Source of the DNA: Podospora anserina
Taxonomy: Eukaryota
NCBI GenBank assembly: GCA_017654855.1
Contig: CM030337.1
Location: forward strand, 2,108,001-2,172,000
DNA: 64,000 bases
Direction: 5' to 3'
The translations under genes and the position numbers were made by a program. A model generated the notes under the pieces. That model made no database searches. It saw only the letters and a list, made by a program, of their open reading frames with translations, and was not told the DNA's origin. This document shows positions 63,656 through 64,000 of the stretch, piece after piece; position 1 is the first letter of the stretch; each line of letters starts with the position of its first letter.

Positions 63656-64000
63656 ATGAATCCGCAATCACGATCGACGTCCTACTCGTCGACCCTAGCA
63701 CCACGAGCAGTGCGACGCCCGTCCGTCAGCTCGAGACTGTCCTTTGCGGTTTCCAACGCCGAGAGGGGGGAGAACAGTAATGGCCAGGGGATGGCGGTGC
63801 AACACCAGATAGAGGAGGAGATAGCAAAGATCAAGCGCTACGAGGTTGGTGGTCCTCTCCTCGTTCACGTTCGTGGACCATTAGCTAACATCTTCTTGTG
63901 TGCTTAGGATTTCACAACCATCGGTATGCTCCTCCCAACCCTCATGACCATGGGCGCATTGCCAGCACTGACCAAACTCGGAAAACAGACTGGGTGCAAG
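63656..64000 (+). CDS. 5' end of CLC chloride channel/transporter (Gef1-like); exons 63656-63844, 63908-63923, 63989->64000
   Basis: Splicing gives IEEEIAKIKRYEDFTTIDWVQ, the characteristic N-terminal motif of fungal CLC-3/Gef1-type proteins. Confidence 0.85.

Overview
Gene-dense, intron-containing filamentous ascomycete DNA (Sordariales; gene style suggests a Podospora-like genome, which is an inference). About 20 conserved genes could be reconstructed by hand from splice signals: MSP1 (partial), a CSM1/PCS1 monopolin subunit, a ham-8-like membrane protein, ARH1, ETF-alpha, SWI3/RSC8, carnitine acetyltransferase, BRO1, an FAH-family hydrolase, EXO70, a class III aminotransferase, MCM3, a PfkB-family kinase, CTF1-alpha/FarA, CAP/SRV2, MCD4, POL32, a GH125 hydrolase, a DPB3-like histone-fold protein and the start of a CLC channel. 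Two gene-poor, accessory-looking intervals (about 21-33 kb and 35.5-41 kb) hold the most unusual items. The best candidate novelty is an apparently stand-alone transcription unit encoding a 41-aa Cys/His-rich peptide (30493-30618). Others are a spliced 117-aa receiver-fold-like protein not recovered as a single ORF, two decayed coiled-coil genes (one with RIP-like stops), a possible HET-domain relic, a dispersed divergent 5S rRNA gene, and an aminotransferase whose first intron has a non-canonical GG donor. A nested inverted-repeat element lies in the MSP1/CSM1 promoter. All family calls come from motif recognition, not database searches.
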